In this document: positions 31,992-41,584 of the stretch, piece by piece | Numbering within the stretch: the first letter of the stretch is position 1 | Layout: each line of letters opens with the position of its first letter | Source of the DNA: an uncultured Gammaproteobacteria bacterium | GTDB lineage: Bacteria; Pseudomonadota; Gammaproteobacteria; GCA-002705445; GCA-002716945 | Assembly (NCBI GenBank): GCA_913041905.1 | Contig: CAJWJQ010000003.1 | Coordinates: forward strand, 1 to 47,780 | DNA length: 47,780 bases | Direction of reading: 5' to 3' | Position numbers and translations under genes: made by a program | Notes under the pieces: generated by a model | Told to the model about the DNA's origin: nothing | Databases searched by the model: none | The model's input: only the letters and a program-made list of their open reading frames with translations

Positions 31992-33902
31992 ATGAGCGAT
32001 TTAATAAAAAACTTACTTATTTGGACTGTGATTGCTGTTGTAATCATGTCTTTGTTTAGTGGAATAGGTGGAAAAAACCAAGCTATAGAAAAGTACAACT
32101 ATTCTGAATTTATGCAACAAGTGCAAACAGGACAGGTTGAAGAAGTAACAATATCAGGCAGAGAAATATCAGGCTCTCTTAAATCTGGGCAAACATTTCA
32201 AACTTTTAGTCCAGAAACAGATAATTCTGCTCTTGTTGGAGAGTTATTAAATAGCAAGGTACAAATTTCTGGCAAAGCTCCTGAAAAACAATCTTTTTTA
32301 GCTCAGATATTTATACATTGGTTTCCATTCTTGTTACTTATTGGTGTTTGGATATTCTTTATGAGACAAATGCAAGGAGGTTCTGGCGGTGGTCGAGGCG
32401 CAATGTCATTTGGAAAAAGTAAAGCTAAAATGCAAACAGAGGACCAAGTTAAAGTTACTTTTAATGATGTAGCAGGAGTAGAAGAGGCTAAAGAAGAAGT
32501 AAAAGAATTAGTAGATTTTTTAAAAGACCCAGCTAAATTTCAAAACCTTGGGGGGCAAATTCCTAGAGGTGTTTTAATGGTTGGATCACCTGGAACAGGT
32601 AAAACTCTACTTGCAAGAGCAATTGCTGGAGAAGCAAAAGTCCCTTTTTTTACAATATCTGGCTCTGACTTTGTAGAGATGTTTGTTGGTGTAGGCGCCT
32701 CAAGAGTTAGAGATATGTTTGAGCAAGCAAAAAAACACGCGCCGTGTATTATCTTTATTGATGAAATAGATGCAGTTGGTAGACATAGAGGAGCTGGATT
32801 AGGTGGAGGGCATGATGAGAGAGAACAAACATTAAACCAACTTTTAGTAGAAATGGATGGTTTTGAAGGTAACGAGGGAGTAATAGTTATAGCAGCCACA
32901 AATAGACCAGACGTTTTAGACCCTGCTCTTTTAAGGCCTGGTAGATTTGATAGACAGGTTACAGTCCCATTACCTGATATTAGAGGTAGAGAACAAATTC
33001 TAAAAGTGCATATGAAAAAAACGCCATTAGCAAATGATGTTAAACCTAAAATTTTAGCAAGAGGGACACCTGGGTTCTCAGGAGCAGACCTTGCAAATCT
33101 AGTTAATGAAGCTGCTTTGTTTGCAGCAAGAGCTAGTAAAAAAATTGTAGAAATGTCAGATTTTGAAAAAGCAAAAGATAAAATACTAATGGGTGGCGAG
33201 AGAAAATCCATGGTTATGAGTGATGATGAGAAAAAATTAACTGCTTATCATGAGGCGGGACATGCTATTGTTGGAAGATTAGTTCCTGATCATGACCCAG
33301 TTTATAAAGTAAGCATTATCCCGAGAGGAAGAGCGTTAGGAGTAACAATGTTCTTACCAGAAGAGGATAGATATAGTAATAGCAAACAAAGAATTAATAG
33401 TATGATTGCCGCTTTATTTGGCGGACGAGTTGCTGAAGAAGAAATTTTTGGAAAAGATGCAGTTACAACTGGCGCTTCTAATGATATAGAAAGGGCTACT
33501 GCTTTAGCAAGAAATATGGTGACTAAATGGGGACTATCAAACAAAATGGGTCCATTAACTTATGCTGAAGAAGAAGGTGAGGTATTCTTGGGTAAAACTG
33601 TATCAAAACAAAAAACAGTTTCTAACGAAACAGCATCTACTATTGATTCTGAAATAAGAAAAATTGTTGATGAGCAATACAATAGAGCTAAAAAACTTGT
33701 TAAAGACAATATAGACAAGATGCATACTATGGCTGAAGCCCTTATGAAATGGGAAACTATTGATAGCAAACAAATTGATGATATTATGAGCGGAAAAAAA
33801 CCATCTCCACCTGAAAGTTGGTCAGATGATGATAGCTCAGACTCTGACGGTGGTGTAAAAACATCAACAAAAACTAGTCCTGTCTCAACACCAGTTTCAT
33901 AA
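31992..33902 (+). CDS. ftsH: ATP-dependent zinc metalloprotease FtsH
   Basis: Two TM helices, [24 protein letters not shown]. Confidence 0.98.
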   Translation: MSDLIKNLLIWTVIAVVIMSLFSGIGGKNQAIEKYNYSEFMQQVQTGQVEEVTISGREISGSLKSGQTFQTFSPETDNSALVGELLNSKVQISGKAPEKQSFLAQIFIHWFPFLLLIGVWIFFMRQMQGGSGGGRGAMSFGKSKAKMQTEDQVKVTFNDVAGVEEAKEEVKELVDFLKDPAKFQNLGGQIPRGVLMVGSPGTGKTLLARAIAGEAKVPFFTISGSDFVEMFVGVGASRVRDMFEQAKKHAPCIIFIDEIDAVGRHRGAGLGGGHDEREQTLNQLLVEMDGFEGNEGVIVIAATNRPDVLDPALLRPGRFDRQVTVPLPDIRGREQILKVHMKKTPLANDVKPKILARGTPGFSGADLANLVNEAALFAARASKKIVEMSDFEKAKDKILMGGERKSMVMSDDEKKLTAYHEAGHAIVGRLVPDHDPVYKVSIIPRGRALGVTMFLPEEDRYSNSKQRINSMIAALFGGRVAEEEIFGKDAVTTGASNDIERATALARNMVTKWGLSNKMGPLTYAEEEGEVFLGKTVSKQKTVSNETASTIDSEIRKIVDEQYNRAKKLVKDNIDKMHTMAEALMKWETIDSKQIDDIMSGKKPSPPESWSDDDSSDSDGGVKTSTKTSPVSTPVS

Positions 33903-33976
33903 AATAATTTTGATAAACAACTAATCGAAGCTTACATTTTCATTTTTACTCAATAACATCTAAAATACTTATTAGT

Positions 33977-34669
33977 ATGAAATGGAATAAGCAATTTAAA
34001 TATCCAATAAGTAAGCGCATTAATCAATTAGGCGTTAGATGTTATGAAATTAATGGTCAGAAACTACCATCAGTCACAACTGTTTTAAAAGGAACAGAAT
34101 CTGAAGAAAAAAAGAAGTCATTAGAAGAGTGGAGACGCAAAGTAGGCGAGCATGAAGCAGAAAGAATTGTGTCTGAATCATCTAGAAGAGGAACTCAAAT
34201 GCACCAACATTTAGAAGAGTTTTTGATTGGTCAAACCAAGCTAGATTTTGAAGGTTTTGACAATGCCCCTTATCAAATGTCAAAAAAAATTATTGAAGAA
34301 AGTTTAAGCACAAAATTTAATGAAATATGGGGTGCTGAAGTAAACGTCCATTTCCCTGATTTATATGCAGGTACAGCAGATGCTTGTGGTATATATAATG
34401 GAGCTGAAAGTATTCTTGATTTTAAACAATCAAATAAACCTAAACAAAGAAATTGGCTTGATGATTATTTCCTACAGGTAGCAGCATATTCTTTGGCTCA
34501 TGACAAAACTTATAATACTCAAATAACACAGGGAGTTATTTTAATATGTACACCACCACCGACAATCCAATTCCAAGAATTTATAATAAAAGATGAAGAG
34601 TTAAAAAACTTTCAGATGATTTTCCTCCAAAAGGTTGAAGAATATAAACGTATGCAAAAATTAATATGA
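33977..34669 (+). CDS. Phage-like PD-(D/E)XK exonuclease (MGME1/RecB-nuclease-like)
   Basis: LPSVTTVL..W...VG, RGT.MH..LE, E..V, YAGTAD, ILDFK, LQ.AAY motifs. Confidence 0.8.
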   Translation: MKWNKQFKYPISKRINQLGVRCYEINGQKLPSVTTVLKGTESEEKKKSLEEWRRKVGEHEAERIVSESSRRGTQMHQHLEEFLIGQTKLDFEGFDNAPYQMSKKIIEESLSTKFNEIWGAEVNVHFPDLYAGTADACGIYNGAESILDFKQSNKPKQRNWLDDYFLQVAAYSLAHDKTYNTQITQGVILICTPPPTIQFQEFIIKDEELKNFQMIFLQKVEEYKRMQKLI

Positions 34670-35475
34670 ATTATAAATTAAATACTACTTCGTGCCAAAT
34701 AATGGGAGTTTTGAATATCACACCTGATTCATTTTATGATGGAGGAAAATATAACAATATAAAAAAAATTATGCTACGCGTTAAAGAAATGATTGAACAA
34801 GGTGTTGATATAATAGACATAGGGGCAGAATCATCTAGGCCTGGATCAAAAAGTATATCAACAGAAGAGGAAATTAAAAGACTTCTACCTGTAGTATCAA
34901 AAATTAGAGAATCATATAACATACCTTTATCAATAGATTCAACTAAATCTGAAGTCATTAGTAAGTTGATAGAATATGACATACAGATTATAAATGATAT
35001 TTCAGCTATTTCTGATTTTAATCTATTAAACATTATTAAAAACCAAAACACTTATATTTGTTTAATGCATATGCAACATTCTCCTGAAAATATGCAGGAA
35101 AATCCTACATATGATAATGTTATGAATGATATTCTTTTATATCTTCAGGATCGACAAGAATATTGTATAAATAATGGAATTAATAAAGAAAAAATTATTA
35201 TAGACCCAGGATTTGGATTTGGAAAGACTTTAAACCATAACTATACAGTGTTAAATAACCTTGAAAAATTAACCTCTATAAATAAAAATGTGTTAGTTGG
35301 TATATCGCGTAAGAGTATGATTGGAAATTTATTGAATAAAGATGTAGGAAAAAGATTACATGGATCATTAGCTGCCGCTACATTAGCTATGATAAACAAA
35401 GCTAGTATAGTTAGAACCCATGATATTCATGAAACGAAAATTGCAAAAAACATAATCGAATCTATAAGTTATTAA
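34666..35475 (+). CDS. folP: Dihydropteroate synthase
   Basis: MGVLNITPDSFYDGG, DIGAESSRPG, IDPGFGF, SRKS, RTHD. Confidence 0.96.
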   Translation: MNYKLNTTSCQIMGVLNITPDSFYDGGKYNNIKKIMLRVKEMIEQGVDIIDIGAESSRPGSKSISTEEEIKRLLPVVSKIRESYNIPLSIDSTKSEVISKLIEYDIQIINDISAISDFNLLNIIKNQNTYICLMHMQHSPENMQENPTYDNVMNDILLYLQDRQEYCINNGINKEKIIIDPGFGFGKTLNHNYTVLNNLEKLTSINKNVLVGISRKSMIGNLLNKDVGKRLHGSLAAATLAMINKASIVRTHDIHETKIAKNIIESISY

Positions 35476-35476
35476 T

Positions 35477-37006
35477 ATGAAAATATTTGGAACAGATGGA
35501 ATAAGAGGTAAATATGGATCATTTCCAATAACCAAAGAAGATATTTTTTATTTAGGGCAATCATTAGTTGAAGTACTTAGAATTAAGGATGACGCGATAT
35601 TTTTTATTATTTCAAATGATGGAAGAGAGTCAGGCATATTTCTTCAGGATGCTCTATCATCAGGTATTAGAAAAGTAGGTGGCGAAGTAACTCTAGTTGG
35701 CATTAATCCAACTCCTATAGTTGGCTATGCTACAAAGTGTATTAATGAAATGTTGATCGTAGAGCATTGTCCTACGGTTGGTCCTAAAATGATATCTTGC
35801 TTTGGTGTTCAAATTACAGCTTCACATAATCCATTTTCCGATAATGGCATAAAAATATTTAATTCTAACGGACAGAAAATATCTGCTGAACTTGAGAGCA
35901 AAATAGAAGCATGTTTTTCCAAGCTCAAAAATCTGGACCAGCCAAAATATGTTAGAAAATTTAGATCACCTGAAATGAAATCAACTGGAGAGGTCATGGG
36001 ATTAGAGCGCCCATGGAATGAAATCTTTGATAATGCAATGAGCCCATCAAGGATGTATAAAAACATGTTATTACACATCTTTGATAATGAGCTAAATATT
36101 TCCAGTCAGGAAAAAAAGATAAAAATCATGATTGATTGTGCCAATGGTGCTTATTCTCCATATATTGAAAGCATGTTTAATCTTTTCCCAAATTATATTG
36201 TCGTACCTATTTATAACAAGCCTAATGGAGTTAATATCAACTTAAGCTGTGGCGCTACTAAACCAGAAGTCTTGAAAGAAGAGCTAATTCAGTACAATAA
36301 ATCTAACAAAGATCAAGTTGATTTTGGAGCATCCTATGATGGCGATGGAGATAGAGTTATATTTATTACGAAAAAGGGAAATATTGTAAATGGAGATCAA
36401 ATACTATTTATTTTTTCTAAATATCTTAAAGAGGTTGAAAATTATAATGGCGCAGTTGTAGGCACATCTATGACAAACTTTGGCATACAAAAAGCATATG
36501 ATGAAATTGGCATCAATCTCATTAAAACTGATGTTGGAGATAAATATGTTTTAGAAAAAATGAAAGAAATACATTCAATAATTGGCGGGGAATCATCAGG
36601 CCATATTATATTTAATCATCTTGATTATTATCTTTATACAGAGGAAGCAATTCATGGAAAAGAAGATCCTTATCCAATAGGAGACTCTCTTCTTACAACA
36701 CTGTATTTATTGAAAATTATGAATTATTATAAAAATAATATTTCATTAGATGACATGATAGAATCTATACCTATTACACCCAGCAGGCTATTTAATCAGA
36801 AAGTAATTAATAAAACTGAATTTTTATCAGACAAGCATAATAAAAAAGTTTTTGCTACATTAGTAAATGAGATTGAAGGTAATGGTAGAATTCTTATAAG
36901 ACCTTCTGGCACAGAAAACTTAATCAGAGTCTTAATAGAACATAGAGATGTTAATAAAATAGACGAACTTGAAATGTATTTCTATGATAATATAAAACAA
37001 AAATAA
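35477..37006 (+). CDS. glmM: Phosphoglucosamine mutase, enlarged by in-frame insertions (509 aa)
   Basis: FGTDGIRG, TASHNP, DCANGA, DGDGDR, VGDKYV, GGESSGH, RPSGTE; folP-glmM-tpiA order. Confidence 0.9.
   Translation: MKIFGTDGIRGKYGSFPITKEDIFYLGQSLVEVLRIKDDAIFFIISNDGRESGIFLQDALSSGIRKVGGEVTLVGINPTPIVGYATKCINEMLIVEHCPTVGPKMISCFGVQITASHNPFSDNGIKIFNSNGQKISAELESKIEACFSKLKNLDQPKYVRKFRSPEMKSTGEVMGLERPWNEIFDNAMSPSRMYKNMLLHIFDNELNISSQEKKIKIMIDCANGAYSPYIESMFNLFPNYIVVPIYNKPNGVNINLSCGATKPEVLKEELIQYNKSNKDQVDFGASYDGDGDRVIFITKKGNIVNGDQILFIFSKYLKEVENYNGAVVGTSMTNFGIQKAYDEIGINLIKTDVGDKYVLEKMKEIHSIIGGESSGHIIFNHLDYYLYTEEAIHGKEDPYPIGDSLLTTLYLLKIMNYYKNNISLDDMIESIPITPSRLFNQKVINKTEFLSDKHNKKVFATLVNEIEGNGRILIRPSGTENLIRVLIEHRDVNKIDELEMYFYDNIKQK
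36023..36089 (+). repeat. 13-bp direct repeat inside glmM, 54 nt apart (IFDN twice)
   Basis: atctttgataatg at 36023-36035 and 36077-36089. Confidence 0.75.
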
Positions 37007-37018
37007 ATAGGACTGTAA

Positions 37019-37774
37019 ATGGCTAAATACTTAATTGTTGCAAATTGGAAACAGAATGGCTCTAAAAAAATCCTTGAAAATCTAACAAAATCTTTTCTGA
37101 AAGCCCGAAAGATTAAAAATTCTGTCGTATTACTTCCTCCGTCAATTTATTTGTCATCAATTTCTTCAATAATAGGTAAGGATAAAAAATTTTCAGTTGG
37201 TATTCAAAACATATCGCCCCATAAAGAAGGAGCTTTTACAGGTGAAATTTCCGCGAGTATGATTAAAGATTTTGGTGCGAGATATATTCTTATTGGTCAT
37301 TCTGAAAGAAGACATATATTTCAAGAATCAAACAATGAAATTTCCAATAAACTTATATTGTCTATGGAGAATAAATTTTCTACTATTCTTTGCGTAGGAG
37401 AAACTATTATTGAGCGTAATAAGAAAATTACTAAAAAAGTAATTGCTAATCAATTAAAAACAGCTTTATTTAAATCTAAGCAATTAATTAAACAAAATTC
37501 TTCTAAATTAATAATAGCCTACGAACCAGTGTGGGCTATTGGTACAGGTAAAACTGCTCAAATTCAAGATATAGAGGATGTCCATGCATATATTAGACTG
37601 TCATTGTCTAGGATTATTGGGCCTAAGCATAAAAGTATAAAAATACTTTATGGGGGGAGTGTAAATAATAAAAATGCATCCACAATATTGTCATTAGATG
37701 ATGTTGATGGTGCATTAGTTGGAGGCGCTTCATTAAATTCAAAAAAATTCATTGAAATTTGTTCGTCAATTTGA
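37019..37774 (+). CDS. tpiA: Triosephosphate isomerase
   Basis: [32 protein letters not shown]. Confidence 0.97.
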   Translation: MAKYLIVANWKQNGSKKILENLTKSFLKARKIKNSVVLLPPSIYLSSISSIIGKDKKFSVGIQNISPHKEGAFTGEISASMIKDFGARYILIGHSERRHIFQESNNEISNKLILSMENKFSTILCVGETIIERNKKITKKVIANQLKTALFKSKQLIKQNSSKLIIAYEPVWAIGTGKTAQIQDIEDVHAYIRLSLSRIIGPKHKSIKILYGGSVNNKNASTILSLDDVDGALVGGASLNSKKFIEICSSI

Positions 37775-37787
37775 GATAAATAACATC

Positions 37788-38114
37788 ATGCAAACAATAA
37801 TACTAGCCATACATATAATTCTTGCGGTTTCCCTAGTTGTTCTCATACTTGTTCAACACGGAAAAGGTGCTGATGCTGGAGCAGCATTTGGCAGTGGCGC
37901 CTCCTCAACAGTTTTTGGTGCAAAAGGTAGTGCGACTTTTTTAACAAAGCTAACAACTTTTATAGCCTTAATTTTTTTTATTACAAGTTTATCTTTAGCT
38001 TATTTTGCATCAAATATACAACTAGATAATAAAAGTTTATTAGAAAAAGAAATAACAACTCAACAAGAATCAGTTAATCCCCCTAATACTGATAATCAAA
38101 ACAACCTTCCTTAG
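37788..38114 (+). CDS. secG: Preprotein translocase SecG
   Basis: [24 protein letters not shown]; ATG at 37788 preferred over the upstream TTG. Confidence 0.94.
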   Translation: MQTIILAIHIILAVSLVVLILVQHGKGADAGAAFGSGASSTVFGAKGSATFLTKLTTFIALIFFITSLSLAYFASNIQLDNKSLLEKEITTQQESVNPPNTDNQNNLP

Positions 38115-38118
38115 TTTA

Positions 38119-38200
38119 GCCGATGTGGTGGAACTGGTAGACACGCTGTCTTGAGGGGGCAGTGACGAAAGTCGTGCCGGTTCGAGTCCGGCCATCGGCA
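38119..38200 (+). tRNA. tRNA-Leu(GAG), CCA not encoded
   Basis: GCCGATG/CATCGGC acceptor stem, CTGTC-TTGAGGG-GGCAG anticodon arm, long variable arm, GGTTCGAGTCC T-loop; usual position after secG. Confidence 0.95.
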
Positions 38201-38290
38201 GACCTATGTATGGAACAACCCATTGACCTTTAAAATTATAATGAAATTAATAAAACTATTTCTTTTCATACAAATAATTTATATGTCTAA

Positions 38291-38329
38291 GTTTTATAGG
38301 ATATAATGTCTGTTTTATAGGATATAATG
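38291..38329 (+). repeat. 18-bp direct repeat with 21-bp period, each copy containing TATAAT, upstream of nuoA
   Basis: gttttataggatataatg at 38291-38308 and 38312-38329. Confidence 0.9.
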
Positions 38330-38344
38330 GAGTTGGAGTAATAT

Positions 38345-38701
38345 ATGCTATTAGAGTACCTGCCAGTATTAATATTCTTAGTTTTTGCAATAATTTTTGC
38401 TGCTATAATGCTGAGCATCGGTTTTACGCTTGGCAAAAATAATCCTAACACAGAAAAGAATTCACCATATGAATGTGGCTTTGAAGCTTTTGAAGATTCT
38501 AGAATGAAATTTGATGTCCGATATTATTTGGTTGCAATTTTATTTATAATTTTTGATTTAGAAATAGCTTTTTTGTTTCCATGGGCTGTAGTTGTACATG
38601 AAATAGGCTTTATTGGAATTATATCTATGGCATTATTTTTATTAATTTTAGTTGTTGGATTTATTTATGAGTGGAAAAAAGGGGCGCTAGAATGGGATTA
38701 G
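38345..38701 (+). CDS. nuoA: NADH-quinone oxidoreductase subunit A
   Basis: [20 protein letters not shown]. Confidence 0.96.
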   Translation: MLLEYLPVLIFLVFAIIFAAIMLSIGFTLGKNNPNTEKNSPYECGFEAFEDSRMKFDVRYYLVAILFIIFDLEIAFLFPWAVVVHEIGFIGIISMALFLLILVVGFIYEWKKGALEWD

Positions 38702-39180
38702 AAAATATACATAAGGATGGTTTTGTTTTAACAAAATCCTCAAATCTTTTTGATTGGGCAAGAACCGGTTCTTTATGGCCAATGACTTTTGGGTTAGCTT
38801 GTTGCGCTGTAGAAATGATGCATGCAGGCGCTTCAAGATATGACTTGGATCGTTTTGGCGTGTTATTTAGACCAAGCCCAAGACAATCTGACGTAATGAT
38901 TGTTGCTGGTACGCTTGTAAATAAAATGGCACCAGCTTTAAGAAAAGTTTATGATCAGATGGCAGAGCCTAAATGGGTTATTTCTATGGGTTCATGTGCA
39001 AATGGAGGTGGTTACTATCATTATTCTTACGCAGTAGTTAGGGGTTGCGATAGAATTGTTCCGGTTGATATATACGTACCAGGATGTCCGCCAACAGCCG
39101 AAGCTTTATTATATGGAATATTACAATTACAAAATAAAATTAAAAGACAAAACACATTAGTAGCAAATAGTCCTGTGTAA
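38692..39180 (+). CDS. nuoB: NADH-quinone oxidoreductase subunit B
   Basis: [20 protein letters not shown]; ATG at 38692 preferred. Confidence 0.96.
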   Translation: MGLENIHKDGFVLTKSSNLFDWARTGSLWPMTFGLACCAVEMMHAGASRYDLDRFGVLFRPSPRQSDVMIVAGTLVNKMAPALRKVYDQMAEPKWVISMGSCANGGGYYHYSYAVVRGCDRIVPVDIYVPGCPPTAEALLYGILQLQNKIKRQNTLVANSPV

Positions 39181-39189
39181 ATTATTTCA

Positions 39190-39846
39190 ATGCAAGATAT
39201 TATTTCTAAATATATAACTGAACCCTATAATCTTATTTTAGATTCAGATATCGTGACGCTTAAAATAAATAAAAATTCACTATTAAAAGTTATGACAACT
39301 TTAAAACATAATAATGAATTTCTATTTACTCAATTATCAGATTTATGTGCAATTGATTATAGCATGTATGGAGAATCAGAATGGGAAACAAGTGAAGCAA
39401 CATCAACGGGATATAATAGAGGTATAAAGCCAAAATCACACGGAAGAATTAAATTTGGAGATAGTATAAAAAATAAAAATAACGAAAGTAGATTTTGTGT
39501 TGTTTATCATCTATTGTCTATAAAAAAAAATTGTAGAATTAGAGTGAAAGTTTATTTAGATGATAATGAAATAATAATCCCGTCTGTAGTTAATTTATGG
39601 TCTGCTGCAAATTGGTACGAAAGAGAAGCTTTTGATTTATTTGGCATTTTGTTTGAAGGCCACCCAGACCTAAGGCGTATACTGACAGATTATGGATTTA
39701 TTGGACATCCTTTTAGAAAAGATTTTCCATTAATTGGTAATACTCAAATTAGATATGATCCTACTTTAAAAAAAATTATACATGAACCTGTTGATATAGA
39801 ACCAAGGGTTCTAGTTCCAAAAGTAATTAGAGAAAATAAAGAATGA
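39190..39846 (+). CDS. nuoC: NADH-quinone oxidoreductase subunit C (not fused to D)
   Basis: [33 protein letters not shown]. Confidence 0.95.
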   Translation: MQDIISKYITEPYNLILDSDIVTLKINKNSLLKVMTTLKHNNEFLFTQLSDLCAIDYSMYGESEWETSEATSTGYNRGIKPKSHGRIKFGDSIKNKNNESRFCVVYHLLSIKKNCRIRVKVYLDDNEIIIPSVVNLWSAANWYEREAFDLFGILFEGHPDLRRILTDYGFIGHPFRKDFPLIGNTQIRYDPTLKKIIHEPVDIEPRVLVPKVIRENKE

Positions 39847-41096
39847 AGGAATTTAAAAATTTTACAATGAATTTTGGACCACAGCATCCAGCAGCGCATG
39901 GAGTCTTACGATTAGTTTTACAGATGGATGGAGAAATAATCAAGGATGCTGACCCACATATTGGTCTTTTGCATCGTGCTACCGAAAAATTAGCCGAATC
40001 AAAACCATACAACCAGTCTATTGGTTATATGGATAGATTAGATTATGTTTCCATGATGTGCAATGAACATGCTTATGTTCTAGCAATAGAAAAATTACTA
40101 AATATAGATATTCCTGATAGAGCTAAATACATAAGGGTAATGTTTGATGAAATTACAAGAATACTTAATCATTTGCTTTGGCTTGGAGCGCACGCGCTTG
40201 ATATTGGAGCTATGTCAGTATTTTTATATTCTTTCAGAGAACGTGAAGATTTAATGGATTGTTATGAAGCCGTTTCAGGAACTAGGATGCATGCAACATA
40301 TTACAGACCAGGAGGTGTTTTTAGAGATTTACCTGAAAGTATGCCTAAATATGAAAAGTCCATTCTTAAAAATAAAGATGAGTTAAAAGATTTAAATTAT
40401 AACAGAGAAGGAACTTTGCTAGATTTTTTAGAAGATTTCGTTTCTAGATTTCCTGAGTGTATTAATGAATATGAGAATCTGCTAACAGACAATAGGATAT
40501 GGAAGCAAAGAACGGTTGGTATAGGAGTTGTTAATCCTGAAAGAGCGATTGAATTAGGATTTACTGGACCAATGTTGAGGGGCTCTGGCATTCCATGGGA
40601 TTTAAGAAAGAAACAACCTTACGAGGTTTATAATAAACTTAAATTCGATATACCAATTGGCAAAACAGGGGATTCTTATGATAGATATTTAGTAAGAATT
40701 GAAGAACTAAGGCAATCCAATAAAATTATTAAACAATGTATTGATTGGTTAAAGAATAATCCAGGACCAATAATGATAGATGATGCGAAGGTTGCTACTC
40801 CAAACAGAAAAAATATGAAAGAGGATATGGAATCACTAATACATCATTTTAAAATATTTACTGAAGGCTATTGTATACCCGAAGGTGAAACTTATACAGC
40901 AATTGAAGCACCGAAAGGGGAATTTGGAATTTATCTAATATCTGATGGAGCAAATAAACCATATAGGCTTAAAATTAGGGCTCCTGGTTTTTCACATCTT
41001 TCAGCTTTAAATGAAATGTGTAAAAATCACATGTTGTCAGATGTAGTAACTATTATAGGTACGCAAGATATTGTTTTTGGGGAAATAGATAGATGA
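39843..41096 (+). CDS. nuoD: NADH-quinone oxidoreductase subunit D
   Basis: [28 protein letters not shown]. Confidence 0.97.
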   Translation: MKEFKNFTMNFGPQHPAAHGVLRLVLQMDGEIIKDADPHIGLLHRATEKLAESKPYNQSIGYMDRLDYVSMMCNEHAYVLAIEKLLNIDIPDRAKYIRVMFDEITRILNHLLWLGAHALDIGAMSVFLYSFREREDLMDCYEAVSGTRMHATYYRPGGVFRDLPESMPKYEKSILKNKDELKDLNYNREGTLLDFLEDFVSRFPECINEYENLLTDNRIWKQRTVGIGVVNPERAIELGFTGPMLRGSGIPWDLRKKQPYEVYNKLKFDIPIGKTGDSYDRYLVRIEELRQSNKIIKQCIDWLKNNPGPIMIDDAKVATPNRKNMKEDMESLIHHFKIFTEGYCIPEGETYTAIEAPKGEFGIYLISDGANKPYRLKIRAPGFSHLSALNEMCKNHMLSDVVTIIGTQDIVFGEIDR

Positions 41097-41584
41097 GTCA
41101 AAAATATGTTATTAACGATGAAATTATAAATCAGATAGATAGGGTTAAGAGAAAATTTCCTGTCATGGAATCGAAATCCCCAATCATTGAAAGTTTATTA
41201 ATACTACAACATCATAACCAAGGTTTTGTTACTAAAGAAATAATTCAAGCCCTAGCAAAATATTTAGAGGTAAAAGATATTGATGTATTTGAGGTAGCTA
41301 CATTTTATACAATGATCAACATAAAACCTGTGGGAAGAAATGTAATTGCTGTTTGTAATAATATTTCGTGCATGCTTAGAGGTTCAGATAATATACTCAA
41401 TCATATTGAAAAAAAACTAAATATAAAAGTTGGAGAATCCACACCAGATAAAAAATTTTATTTAAAAGATGAAATAGAATGTTTAGCTGCTTGCAATGGG
41501 GGACCAATGATGCAAGTAAATCATAAAAACTATGAAAATTTAACTCTAGAGAAAGTAGATAATATTTTAGAGGGAATAAAATGA
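41093..41584 (+). CDS. nuoE: NADH-quinone oxidoreductase subunit E
   Basis: EVATFY, CNNISC, ECLAAC. Confidence 0.95.
   Translation: MSQKYVINDEIINQIDRVKRKFPVMESKSPIIESLLILQHHNQGFVTKEIIQALAKYLEVKDIDVFEVATFYTMINIKPVGRNVIAVCNNISCMLRGSDNILNHIEKKLNIKVGESTPDKKFYLKDEIECLAACNGGPMMQVNHKNYENLTLEKVDNILEGIK

Noticed and set aside
32540-33769. Long antisense ORFs (up to 223 aa) opposite ftsH; similar ones opposite murA, carB, ptsI, MMPL and nuo genes
   Set aside because: They are shadows of conserved genes, have no recognisable motifs and are expected from codon bias.
33977-34669. Exonuclease as cas4 of a CRISPR locus or part of a prophage
   Set aside because: No repeat-spacer array, cas1/cas2, Fe-S cysteine pattern, integrase or att sites were seen.
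34666-35475. folP as a sul-type sulfonamide resistance gene
   Set aside because: Chromosomal context and an SRKSMIG motif with no sul-type Phe-Gly insertion.
35736-35749. 14-nt match agtgtattaatgaa between glmM insert 1 and nuoD (40456-40469), both reading CINE
   Set aside because: An AT-rich 14-mer match is roughly expected by chance in a window of this size; it is not evidence of a donor.
35750-36650. LIVEH (like an ABC ATPase H-loop) and LYTEE (like a DEAH helicase motif) within the glmM inserts
   Set aside because: Five-residue similarities are too short to support an origin without a search.
38201-38290. Genomic island integrated at tRNA-Leu
   Set aside because: nuoA follows within 145 nt, and no tRNA 3' duplicate or integrase was seen.
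39360-39490. Extra segment in NuoC ([19 protein letters not shown]...)
   Set aside because: Similar segments are common in unfused NuoC of several gammaproteobacterial lineages.
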